A stretch of DNA of 63,949 bases, filler included, from Basidiobolus ranarum (lineage: Eukaryota): NCBI GenBank assembly GCA_040143965.1. It is 3 parts of 3 records of this genome, joined end to end, with 100 filler letters (N's around TTAATTAATTAA, not from the genome) between each part and the next. Parts side by side here need not be neighbours in the genome. Positions count along the whole stretch, not along the records: positions 21,935 to 43,741 come from JASJQH010007072.1; positions 43,842 to 63,949 come from JASJQH010007109.1; 1 more part is not named here. One strand, 5' to 3'. The notes under the pieces were generated by a model. It was given only the letters and a program-made list of their open reading frames with translations, was not told the origin of the DNA and made no database searches. The position numbers were made by a program, and so were the translations under genes. Within the stretch, counting starts at the first letter, position 1, and each line of letters opens with the position of its first letter. Below are positions 38,029 to 49,425 of the stretch, piece by piece.

Positions 38029-39062
38029 ATGTTCTCCATCAAAAATATTATCAACTCAGATACAACCCAAGTTCCTGAACAGATAGCTCCCAAGTTCTCT
38101 TTCGATACCAAAGCAATTAGGGTAAAATACTCTTGTTTAGACAAAACCACATTACCAGATAGAACCCTCACTACGAAGGTAAATTCCATATATTTCTTAC
38201 AAACAACTACGCTATTGTAGAGAATTTTCTACATGTGTTTAGTAAACTCATTCACTATTTGACTCATATGTGCTAGTATCTCGGAGTACTGAAAACACGC
38301 CTTTCTTTAGCCAAATTTAAAGTCGAAAACGAGTGGGAAGACAAATCCTTCCCAGAGATTCTCCAACTACATAAGAATAAAACATCAAACTCAAGTTTTA
38401 GTTACTCATTAAAGGGGAAAGTTGCTCCTTATATTACTCCAACCACACCCATAAATACTGGACAAAAGCGAAAACATGATGGGGATCCAATATCCCACAG
38501 AGCCCTAACTCCTCAAAGAGTATTCAACTCTAATGCGAACATCTTGAACTCAAATCACCTTAAGAATGGCTTTCTCGTTGACCGCGCAGATAAACGTCAC
38601 TGTAGGGGAATGGTATCACCTCTTCTTAATACCAAAACATTTAGTGGTAACGCCAAGCTAGAAAAGGAGAACATCAATCCATATTCAAATCATTCTGTCA
38701 ATTACACCACACCACCTAGACAAGCTGTCTTGAGAAGTACCAATTTCCTACCAGACTCCTCCAATCAAATCCCACCTACGTTAACTTGGTCCACTTCTCA
38801 ATCAATACCAAATATCGGCAAATTCACGAACGCATGTTCGTCTTTGCCTACTTTTGAGGCAGCAGAGACTATCATGCTACTCTGTAGCCCACATTCCTCC
38901 ACTCCTGGTACCCCACAATTGTTGGCTTTGGAATGCCCATCTATACACGGCTCTTCCACCTCTTCAAGGCTACACACATCTGACCAAAATAACCAAAGTG
39001 TATTCACTTCGCCCACTACCACGGGACCTTACATATCAGTAAGCCCCTGCCTCAGTGAATGA
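38029..39062 (+). CDS. Whi5/Nrm1-like G1/S transcriptional repressor (exons 38029-38178 and 38277-39062, ~311 aa)
   Basis: Phase-0 GT-AG intron 38179-38276; exon 2 begins YLGVLKTRLSLAKFKVENEWEDKSFPEI (GTB/Whi5 motif); many S/T-P sites; C-terminal EAAETIMLLCSP. Confidence 0.75.
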
Positions 39063-42000
39063 CAGATGTCTATCGACATGCCATAGCGTTGCCTCTGAAC
39101 CCTCATAAGATCTTTGTTTAGTAGCTCGCTTAACATCTCATGTATTCGTCATTTGACGGGTCAGGAAAGAGTAAGGGAGAGATTTTTTAAGGAATTTCAA
39201 CATCATTATGATGGATCAATAGAAGTATTCCAAATGGAGTGAATTAAAAGGAAATCGATTATTAGTTTGAATATCGGAATTATCTTCATAACTAGACCTA
39301 TCCATGAAATCCTCGAATACGCTTAATCGCCTCTCCAAAATACTCTCAATCAATAACGTAAAGTGCATATATACTTGAATATAACCAAGAAACTCCCATT
39401 TTCACCTCTATGGTTAACTTAGTTCAAGTACATAAAGAATTCATTCATTGGTTAATATTCAAAAGTCTTCTCCTTCCCGTTGTAAAATAAATCCTCTCCC
39501 ACATATCTGATCACCTCCATGGAATTATATCGGATTTCTATTGAAGTATTAATAATCACCCTCAGTGCTAGTCAAGCCACCTATCTGTAAACAATTTATG
39601 TATTCTTAGCTGGTGGCGGTGATATTCAGATAGATAGTAATGGTACGCCTTAAACATACATTCCGAAATCATACCACTATGGTAATGGGCCATCCTGAGG
39701 CTATAGCACACAATAAAGAACCATCAGGAAACTATCCAGACTTTACTAATACGTGCATGGCGGACAGGGAGGATCCCAATTAATCGGATACTCGAGTGAA
39801 CCAAAACCATCACCATATTATCCGCCCCAATAACGAGATTTAGGGAAATAGCTGAGTTTGAGGAATTTGTGTCGCGCACAAGAAGGAATATGGTTATTTG
39901 AAACGAATCATAATCTTCACCCTGTATCTTCTACAACCAATCATGGACAGTATTTAGGAACTTGGAACGATTGATCAAGTCAGGAATCATGGTAGAAATC
40001 CGGTTCCTTAAGACATAGAGATTTGAAAATGGTAAGAAATATATCATTCTATACTATATTTGGGAATGTTGGTCGTGGTAGCACAAGGGTTCCTACGTAT
40101 AACCTGACTTCTCTTAGATCCCTATGTATTAGTATGATTTTGGATTCGTTGGTGATTAGCAACAGGTTCATGTTGAAAAATCTCCAAGTCACATCATGTG
40201 AATGAGAAGAACAAGACCAAGTTTGCAGTGGATCGACACTGTCTAGAATAATAAAGTAGCAAGTCAAGTATCCAACTTCGAAGTGGCGTAAATCGACCTA
40301 CGCTCAAAGCTTTTACTTGACATCTCAATATGGGCATTCATTTATGACTTGCTAACACCAAACATGGACATCAAATACATCATCCGTGATCCTGTAGACG
40401 GTATCCCAGTAAGCTAACCTCAAAACCAACTTCCTGCAAAGCCCTTGGTTAAAAATCACCACTATGGTTAGGTATAGGCTCTTCTGATTAGTCAGCCCTG
40501 TTCGTTTCTTGGTAGTGAAATAAATACATCAACATTCAGAAAGTCATTAGCCATCCATTCTACCGGTTACACACGCGTGTAGCTTCGCTTAGTCTAGGCT
40601 TATGATATGAGTATAATTTCTTCCGAATGACCTCACACCCAATATTGATATAAAGAGTGACCTAAGGTGAAAGTCACACTTTAAATCAGATGTAGCTAAT
40701 ATATCCAAAAGAAATGTTAAAACGAAATACAAGCTCAATCCAGTGGAGGTTCAATCCTATATGTTGCAAACCTAATCAATATCGTCATATCTCATGGTGG
40801 CCATCCAGAGAAGTAAAATTAGCATGATAATCCTCCAGGATATCCCTGACTTGGGTGAATCTCCCCCCGAAAGATTTGAATACTTACTATTTTACTCTTC
40901 GTCAAAGACGCCATCCATGGCTCTAGCCTGATGTTGACGGTTCACTTTGGTTGATTATGTTATAGTGAAGGGTAACTTATGTCTGAATAAGGAAAGTGCA
41001 TGAATAGAAATTCGATTAGAATGTGGTGTGGTATTTGGATCTCAGGATCTAGGTGACTGTAACGGGTAGTCCATATGGTTACTGGTTTTACAATCACTTT
41101 AGCTAGTCTAAGTCAACACGACGACCTTGATCTCACATAGCAATCTAGTGTCCAATCAACCTCGGTGCATCAGTTCAGGGTAATGAAAACACGATGGAAA
41201 CTTGTAAGACATGATTCAACCTTCATCACTTGATTTCCTCCATAAAGTAGCAACTTGGTGAGAGTCGAAATGCCAACCATTCTTGAGGTTTCAAATGTTC
41301 CCTAATAACTAAAATTTATTTGCCATCCCGGAACCCTAAGTGAATATGCGTACAATTGGGTATCTATCTGAACTGTTGAGCTTGCTACAATACGTGAATC
41401 GGTTTCATTGAGCTGCACCCTGCTTCAGCAGCTCTTTCGACGGCCCATTGGAGACTTCAGGTAAAACCCCCAGTAAGGTTTCTCAAAGTAGAGTGAGAAT
41501 GGAAAGGAAATAGTCTTCTAATGCTCAACTCATCAATTATTCACAACTCACGTGTGATAAATCTAAGTATGTCCTTACTGAGATACACAGGAATATACTT
41601 GAAATGGCCAAGTAAAATCAAATCGTCCTGGATTCCGAAAGAGCATTGCACTCACTTACAGAATCAGAGGCCGGGCTATCATTATCAAGTTCCAATTTGG
41701 AGTGAAGGCTTAGCCCTAAGATTGGTACTGTACTATCTTAGATACGTTCGATAACATACTGACACTTCAGTATTTGCATGTGTCGGATAAAATCTAGTTG
41801 GGATTATTTAAGTGCTATTCAAGGGATATAGATGTTGGTGAGATAAATCACCCATTGGGCGCATATTGTTGATGAGACTAAAAATATAAGAAAATAACCA
41901 AGCCATAGCCAAAATGATAGACTTCTCTTAGAGAAAGTAATTTCCCACAAGCGTAGTTTCATTTAATCTGATATAAGCATCGGCTCAAGTGAATCTCTTT

Positions 42001-42606
42001 TCAATGCCAATCATGTCAATAATGATACACGATGCCTCAAACATCTCACTTGACATATATCATGTGCAATATTACTGAATCCTTATGCATGTGTATTTGT
42101 GTTTAGCTTGGCTACTTCTCTGGAATGCTGTGAGATAACACCAAAAGTATATTGGTACCATATGCTTGCTCATACATATTTAGTTGTTAACCATCCTGTT
42201 ATAGTAACTTTACTGACACTACACACAATTCTGGATCTGCATCTTCCAAGTTATTCCTATAACCTGTTTCTTACTGTACTTGGTTTCAATAGGAGACAGG
42301 GAATTGGCTAAAATACTGTATGAGCATCTGTGACTTCTATCATGAGTATGGTGCTCTATGTGATATTGATTGGTCAATGCTAATGGGGCATATCCATCAA
42401 TTGTCCCAAGTTGCTATATTGGAGTTTAATCATCAAAATATTGTTGAAATTAACATTGCCTAAACATCTATATAGCTATACAGTTTATTTGGCAACATTT
42501 CAAGATCATGCTAAGCAACTGAATAGGTTGACATAGTTACTGTACATGTATAGCTAATTTATAGTTTTCTGATAGCTGCATGGCACCTTATTATCAAGTT
42601 ACATAA

Positions 42607-42835
42607 TGGACTTGTTGGCAGTGAAAGTGCCAGATTGTGCTATAAATATCACATTGGATAAAGTACTTGTTCTCTGTGATAGTGCCAGAGTGTGCTGTAT
42701 ATATCATATTGGATAAAGTATTCTAAATTTTTTGTGACACTATCCAGCACCCTCTGGCATAATCAATTTAAATCACAATTGCTCTGATATATTGAGCCAT
42801 GGTCCAGTAAATCCTGGTACAATGGAACCAGTCCA
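42607..42835. mobile_element. Candidate MITE with 10-bp imperfect terminal inverted repeats and an internal ~55-bp tandem duplication
   Basis: TGGACTTGTT ... AACCAGTCCA (9/10 inverted match); units at ~42610-42664 and ~42665-42720; no clean TSD. Confidence 0.5.
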
Positions 42836-42880
42836 ACAAATACACTGTTGAAATAAGCACTACCTAAGCACCCATTCAGT

Positions 42881-43580
42881 TGTTAAAGTATTTAGGAGCC
42901 TGTTGGAAGTGCACATATTTAAAAATGTATATAACTGAGAGCTTTGAAGCTGGTAAAATATTCTAAGCAATTTCCAATTGAGGATTATGAATGATATCTT
43001 AGTAATATATAGGATAACTAAGCACAAAGCTATATATATATATATCTATATGGGTGTTTAGGCAATGCCAACTTCAGCACTCTCCCTCAACTAAATGTTC
43101 ATATAAACTAATCCCAGGGATGGTCTAAATTTTTCAAATTTCAGTCCAGCCAAGTGTTTAGTTAATATATCAGCTATCATGCCTTCTGTAGATCAATAAG
43201 TTTAGTCAATAAGCATATTCCATGGTTTCTGTAAGCTCATGGATATTGCTATAAGCCATAGTCTGCTTTTAGGAGTCTGCAAATTTTTTAGGATTTTCTG
43301 GGTCCCCAAATCCATCCAGCTGGTCATATAGATCTCATCAGCAGACTCACCATGCAGAAAAGTAGCTTTAACATCCATTTGATATATCATATACTGGTAT
43401 TTAGCTGAAATGGCTAAAGTCAATCTAATCAATTGGATCTGTGCAACAGGAGCAAAAGTTTCCATATAATCTATTCCTAGTGATTTGGAATACCATTTGG
43501 CTGTTTGTCTAGCCTTGAACCTCTTTATATTCCTGTTAGAGTAGTACTTAACTTTCTGCACCCATTGGCAGCTCATTCAT
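42881..43580 (-). mobile_element. Degenerate Ty1/copia 3' end: RT (RVT_2) and RNase H fragments, PPT, internally deleted 3' LTR
   Basis: RFKARQTAK...GIDYMETFAPVA...QMDVKATFLHG (copia RT); MIADILTK (RNase H end); purine tract TTGAGGGAGAG (43080-43090) abutting LTR TGCTG...TTAACA (43079-42881). Confidence 0.9.
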
Positions 43581-43741
43581 TTTGTTGGAGGATCTTGACA
43601 TAATGGGGGTAGACTTTGAGTATTAGAAGCAACTTATGATAGTGTGTTTTAGTTAGTTTATTTTCAAGAGTATATGGTGACTTATATAGTAGAAAAGTAA
43701 ATCAATTGTTTGAGATATTCAGCAGTTTGTGTAATAAGATA

Positions 43742-43841
43742 NNNNNNNNNNNNNNNNNNNNNNNNNNNNNNNNNNNNNNNNNNNNTTAATTAATTAANNN
43801 NNNNNNNNNNNNNNNNNNNNNNNNNNNNNNNNNNNNNNNNN
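43742..43841. other. Assembly gap with artificial TTAATTAATTAA linker
   Basis: 100-nt spacer identical to the first gap. Confidence 0.97.
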
Positions 43842-44216
43842 GAAACAGTAAAAGCCGTAAATTCTCTTCGAGAACAACTTCGTTATTATGCTATTGCTGA
43901 AATCGCTGGACGTCCTTTTCTGGTAACTAAAAATGATGTGGTTGTAGTAGATCATATGAAGGAAGTTCAGTTAGGAGATGTCTTAAAATTGAACAGAGTT
44001 CGGGAACTTGGCTCCAAAGACTATACTATTCAAGGAAAGCCTTATGTATCTCAAGATTTTTACAGTGTTCGTGCTACAGTTATTGAGCAACCTAAAGGAA
44101 AGCAAATTGAAATCATTAAAAAGAAGAGAAGAAAGGGTTATCAACGCCGACTTACTCATAGACAACCATATACTGTTCTCAGAATTTCCGAGGTGGATGT
44201 TAATAAATTGGAGTAA
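43842..44216 (+). CDS. MRPL49: Mitochondrial ribosomal protein bL21m (5'-truncated by gap)
   Basis: Frame open from the gap: YYAIAEIAGRPFLVTKND...ELGSKDYTIQGKPY...KKKRRKGYQRRLTHRQPYTVLRISEV (L21 family). Confidence 0.9.
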   Translation, partial: ETVKAVNSLREQLRYYAIAEIAGRPFLVTKNDVVVVDHMKEVQLGDVLKLNRVRELGSKDYTIQGKPYVSQDFYSVRATVIEQPKGKQIEIIKKKRRKGYQRRLTHRQPYTVLRISEVDVNKLE

Positions 44217-47200
44217 ATGCCCTTCATAATATGCAAATTCGATTATTAATTATTGATCCGTTCCTCTACTTGCACACTTTATATCTTAAAAAATATGAAT
44301 TCCTAGTTCCTTTGCTTAGAGGTTAACTTAGCCTTATTTTTACAAACGCAGTGGACTTATCCATAGTCTTTTATCGTGCTCTTTGCGTATGTTTATTGTA
44401 TCATGCCATTGTTTACCGATATTTGCTTTAAAACGGCGTAAAGCTGTTGCATCATTACCGAAGAAACTAACGGCTCACTTATAGTGCCATCAAAAGGACT
44501 GATGCATTCAGACGCCAGTGATGAATGTGAGAGCGCTTGTAGCTCGCTATAAATAGAGTTCATATCCATTTGCATTTGGCATGGTATATTTATCAATGGT
44601 GCGACTGCCACATTTTTGAGCGCTTGGCTTTATCTCTTCATTGATAATAACATAATCTAGTTAATGTCTATATATAGCAACACTCCAGACATTCTTACAA
44701 TTGCATGATTGACCCATTTCAATACACTCACACCACAAATAAAAAACCAGTTATAGCAGCCTCTCCTTTTAATATTGAGTAAAGTTTGCTAGCAATATTA
44801 CCAGAACAATACTCTTCTTACACTGAGTTCTCTTAAGCGTACTCTGGGACTTTGATCAATCTTGACGCAGGATTAATATTAGTCTTCATTCTAGGAGATC
44901 TTGTATATCTTCAGCTAAGTAAATGAAGTTTAACGTTCAGCCTACGACCAAAAGATCTAAACGGCGAATTACCATGTTGATATAGATTCTATTCTTATTG
45001 AGCTACTGCATATCATAATGGCAGTTTATGCATTTACTGCTAATCAGCTGGGTGTTCTCAGTTGTGTACAAATAAACCGGTAGTAATTAAAAGTTTATAA
45101 TTTGTAAAGAAGAGTATAGCTAATCGTAAACCTCTTTCGAAATGTGATTTAGAGTGTGGCTACACGTAAATCAGTTAGTTATTGGAGATCTTCCGCCTAG
45201 ATATTGCCCTACAACTTTACTAAATCAAGACTGTCCGAGAGCACCTAATACAGCAGGACTTTTATTTGAGTTGCGACTTGATACGTATTGATTGAGAAAC
45301 TAACACAAATCCCAAAATACTGTGTTTGTTCCTTTAGACCAGGGGTTGTCAAACTCTGCCCATGATAATTGTTTAAATTCAGCTGGGAAACACCGTCTCA
45401 AAGGTCAACTCAAGACTCGCTAAGATCATACAATAATATGTAAAAAACCAAAGCCTAGTTCAGCTCAGGTGAAGAATTTCATAGTTTAGCTACTACCAAT
45501 TGTAATATTCCATTGAAAGCTAGCCCTTCAGTGGTTAGCTTTTGCATGCACAAGAAAATCATTAAGCTGAGAATCGCCGTACTATGTTGATGACAACTAT
45601 GAATCTCTGTATATTCCATCTGGCTCATGTATGTGTTTCCTAAAGCGGAAAAAGAGACCTGTGACACCCCTTTAAACTCCACCAACCAGGCAAGGTAAAT
45701 CTGGCATATTAATGGTATATAGATGTATGTGCAAGATTAACAAAACATGCTTAATCTTGTAATACCCAAGCACTCATGCGCTTTTAACCATTCAATGAGT
45801 GTGATGCACCACGTCCTTCGCCCATGCTTTCTATTCAAATTAGTTTAGTCAATTTAAAGTCAGATGAATATACATTCATCTGAATTCCAGTGCTAAGCCC
45901 AAATCGTCATTCTGATAAACCAACTGATATCAATTGATCAGATTCATTGATATTGAGTTATATACTGGCTGCTTACATGCATACTACTAGTTCATCCAGG
46001 CTCACTGGTATACATCATTTTGTTTTTGGAGAGTCAGGTCAATGCTAACAAGTCTACCTAACCGGAAATTCAGCACCACTTTCTGGACAATAGGATGTTT
46101 TCTGATAGCCAAGTATACTTCGCAAGAATATAGACAGTTCGTGGTTTCCGGTCGTAATCCAGAAAAATAGAACACTTTGCATTTATTTTGGGGATTGTAT
46201 TCTACTTAAAATCTCATTGATGCCCAGACTTATCATCTTCTTTATAATAGACTGTCCCTGTTGTTTCGTACTCAACAACAAGTAAAATCCTGGCTACACT
46301 TCTTATGTTACATACTCTAAATGGCCCTATATGAAGCAACAATCGCCAAACCCCCTAGTGTTTGCTGCAAGAAAACATTGGTAAACTCTTGGTCAAATGG
46401 AACAATTTCCAAAACAGCTCCTCATAATCACTAAATTGCTACCTTTGTGGTATTTTACCGAATAATCTGATGTGGGAATGAATCTCCTCTTTGGGGGCAC
46501 TGTGCATTGGATGGTAGATTAGGTTGCATGTTAGTTTAAGTTGTGTAAGGTAGTTTTGGTTTCCGACACTTCCCTGTATTTTGAGAATGCAATACATTAT
46601 GCATTTTCACTAGCTGCATAGAGACCACCAATTGTCTATGATATAATTCCCTGATTTGGGCAAATAGATGTAGTTCTTCCGAGACTTCTGCCAAGAGTCA
46701 AATCAACCTTACTTGGATGCTGGTGGATAGCCGCAGTAGATTCACTAAAAGCCACGGTGATTTCAGTAACACCGAGACTCTAATGCTTGCACCAATTCCA
46801 GCCATGACAATATTGACTTGGATTCACAATTGAACTAGCAGCATCTCCTTGTCAAGTGAGTACATCTCTGGAAGTAAATGAACAGCTGTTTCTAGCCCTG
46901 GTAATGTGTTGGTGGACTGGTGCCAGCTGCAGTATATATCACTATCTGAGATTTGATTTAGGATACGATAAGGTAATCTATTTTTGGACACCATCATATT
47001 GAGCGTTCATGTGAGACATCAGCTGATGTGTCTCTGGAATAACCTGCTGTACGAATCAAAATCCTACCGAAATACATTAAACATGCATATTTTCGCCGGT
47101 TGGTAATAACCTTTCTTTGCCATAATAATCCTTATTTGGACCAGGTTCCTCTATGAGAATGATCTGTTACTGGTATCAATGATCTTGGATCTCAATCACT

Positions 47201-47352
47201 ACCTCTACAGATCACACTGCAGCCAATAGCGATACGTTAATCTATCCATTTCTTGTCACCCTTTTCATTCAGTTTACATAAAGCGTGCTACCTCTCTCTT
47301 AGTTGTTCACCAAACGGTCCACTCACTTTTTCTGCGATTTAGTGAAGCTAGT

Positions 47353-48090
47353 ATGAGTGCCTTTAGACGATCTAAATCTTTTCAGCGCTCTCTGCTTCTA
47401 TCACTCCCTGTTGATATTCAAATTCTTATCTTTCAAATGCTAGATCCCTCTACTCTACTTAGCCTCGTTAAGGTGTCTCCTATTATATGGCAAGTGGCCT
47501 ACAAAGTGTTTCAGCATCGTGTGGCTATAGCCCCACTACGAGTTTCTCTAATATTTCATCAAGCTAATTCTTGGCGTTTCTCGGCTGAATTCGAATGCAC
47601 CTCTTGCAATCCTACAACCGCAGACCTACTCTTTCGGCCTTCACAGAGAGTATCAGTTCGCTACTTCCATAATTCCAACAAAGACACACTCTTACCGTAT
47701 AAAAATGGGAATCAAGAATTTATTACACCCAACTTGTTAAAAGAGTCGAAGCGACATGTGAAGATTACTGCCGAGGATTCATTATCTGTACAGCCGAAGT
47801 CTACTCGGACACCTGCTTGGAAATTAACGTATATGGTCACCAAGAAAGCATTTATTTCTTTTGTTCCCAGGATTTGTATTGGTGGTCAGTGGTTGACACC
47901 TAAAGAATTTGTTTGTTCTCCGCAATATTTTTTCAAACAAAAGCGAGACATGACTAGTTTTTTGCAAAGTCAACCGAAAAGGCTTTTACAAAAGTTGTTA
48001 AAGGGTTCTTCAGGAAAGGCCTATCATAAGGAATACCAGGGCTCACATACTATGCTAGGAGTTTGCTCACGCAATGTACGACAATTGTAA
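47353..48090 (+). CDS. F-box protein with unknown C-terminal domain (intronless)
   Basis: N-terminal LLSLPVDIQILIFQMLDPSTLLSLVKVSPIIWQVA matches the F-box pattern. Confidence 0.7.
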   Translation: MSAFRRSKSFQRSLLLSLPVDIQILIFQMLDPSTLLSLVKVSPIIWQVAYKVFQHRVAIAPLRVSLIFHQANSWRFSAEFECTSCNPTTADLLFRPSQRVSVRYFHNSNKDTLLPYKNGNQEFITPNLLKESKRHVKITAEDSLSVQPKSTRTPAWKLTYMVTKKAFISFVPRICIGGQWLTPKEFVCSPQYFFKQKRDMTSFLQSQPKRLLQKLLKGSSGKAYHKEYQGSHTMLGVCSRNVRQL

Positions 48091-49425
48091 CATTTCGCTA
48101 ATTCTGCCGTTTAACTACTCTCAACTACTCCCAAGACAACCGCGTCTGATTGTCTATAGTAATACCTTTACATTGGTACCATAACTGTTCATTTTGTTGA
48201 ATTGTTACTGCTGCACACTTTCAAACCTCACTATATTTCTTCTCGCTGCTAAACACCTTCCAAACAAGACACCTTTTTTTGAACCACTTTTGTATAGAAT
48301 TCATTCGTAACCTCCATTCTGCACTCGTATTCTCACTTTCAGTTTTTTCTTCGTGTGCATTACATGTACAATAAAATCCACACCACCGGTATTTATTTTA
48401 CTTGTTAGCTACTTCATTCTTAGCAATGCTTATGTGACCTGAAATGGAAATATTGAAGCACTCAGATCCATTTGGGTATCAAGAGCAGATGTGACTATTC
48501 ATGGGTGCATGTTTCCCGTTCATAGCTCAGAATTTTCAGGACAGCTCAGATTAGGCTGGAGTTGTCTAAATGAAACTTCGTAGTGAATTGCCTCAGTGTC
48601 GCATATGTCGAAAGTACTAAATTTAAGCATATTATGTGACTAACAATTGGTATTTAGAGTTGCGGCGCAGTGGCGATGATGAGATAATCCCGGTTTTCTC
48701 CTGATCATGCTCCATAATTTTAAGGTTTTATCTTTATGGCCATTCGTTTTAGATTCAAGTTAATGACTATTACTTAATGCTCTGATTGGATATCCTTTTA
48801 TGTTTGATATAGCAGATAGGAGCCCTCATCAGCGCCCATTCCCGGTTCCCTGTACACCATCCACTGGCCATATTAAATGGAGGCTGATCGTTCAAATAAT
48901 CCACATCATCATCTCGTGCGGTATTCTTGATAATACAATCACTGATCAGTTGATAGTAAAGCGGTGGATATATTGCCAGATACTTTGCCATTGGCAGCTC
49001 AGTTATTGGGCAGTGATTTAAGGTTGATTTTCCACCTTTTCGAGAGTAGATTCCCGATAATTCTCTTGAGCCACCTTAACAAGTATTCGGTAAATTCCAA
49101 ATGTCTTTGCTAGCTAAGCATGGCATGTAGATGGTCTTTGAGTGGTACAAATACTACCTATATGAAGTAGTCCAAGTCACTCCAACTCAATGCCCAGACC
49201 ACTCAATATTCATGATTCATGAGTCTAGACGGTGTAACCTAGTCAAGGTGAAAAAATCCATCAAGTTTATATTTTCCGAATTTCCCTTATGTGAAAGTCA
49301 CGGATCGACTAAACTTCACTCCTTGCTATCTAACCAAATCCTATTATTTACCCATTTTTTTGTAATTACTATTCTTATCGAGTAACCATTTTCCAATAAA
49401 CAAACCAGTACTACCTTCTTCGAAA

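Noticed and set aside
4024-39062. Apparent cell-cycle gene cluster (EB1, F-box, H1, Whi5-like)
   Set aside because: Genes are far apart, interspersed with unrelated genes and partly on different contigs.
40100-40290. Faint Tc1/mariner-like peptide fragments (VISNRFML, VKYPTS)
   Set aside because: Spread over frames with stops; no TIRs or catalytic motif identified.
44393-44611. 72-aa ORF downstream of bL21m
   Set aside because: GTG start, no domain, and no consistent exon chain could be built.
48655-48720. GGCGCAGTGG A-box-like and ATGATGA...CTGA C/D-like motifs
   Set aside because: No B-box or cloverleaf for a tRNA; the C-to-D distance is too short for a snoRNA.
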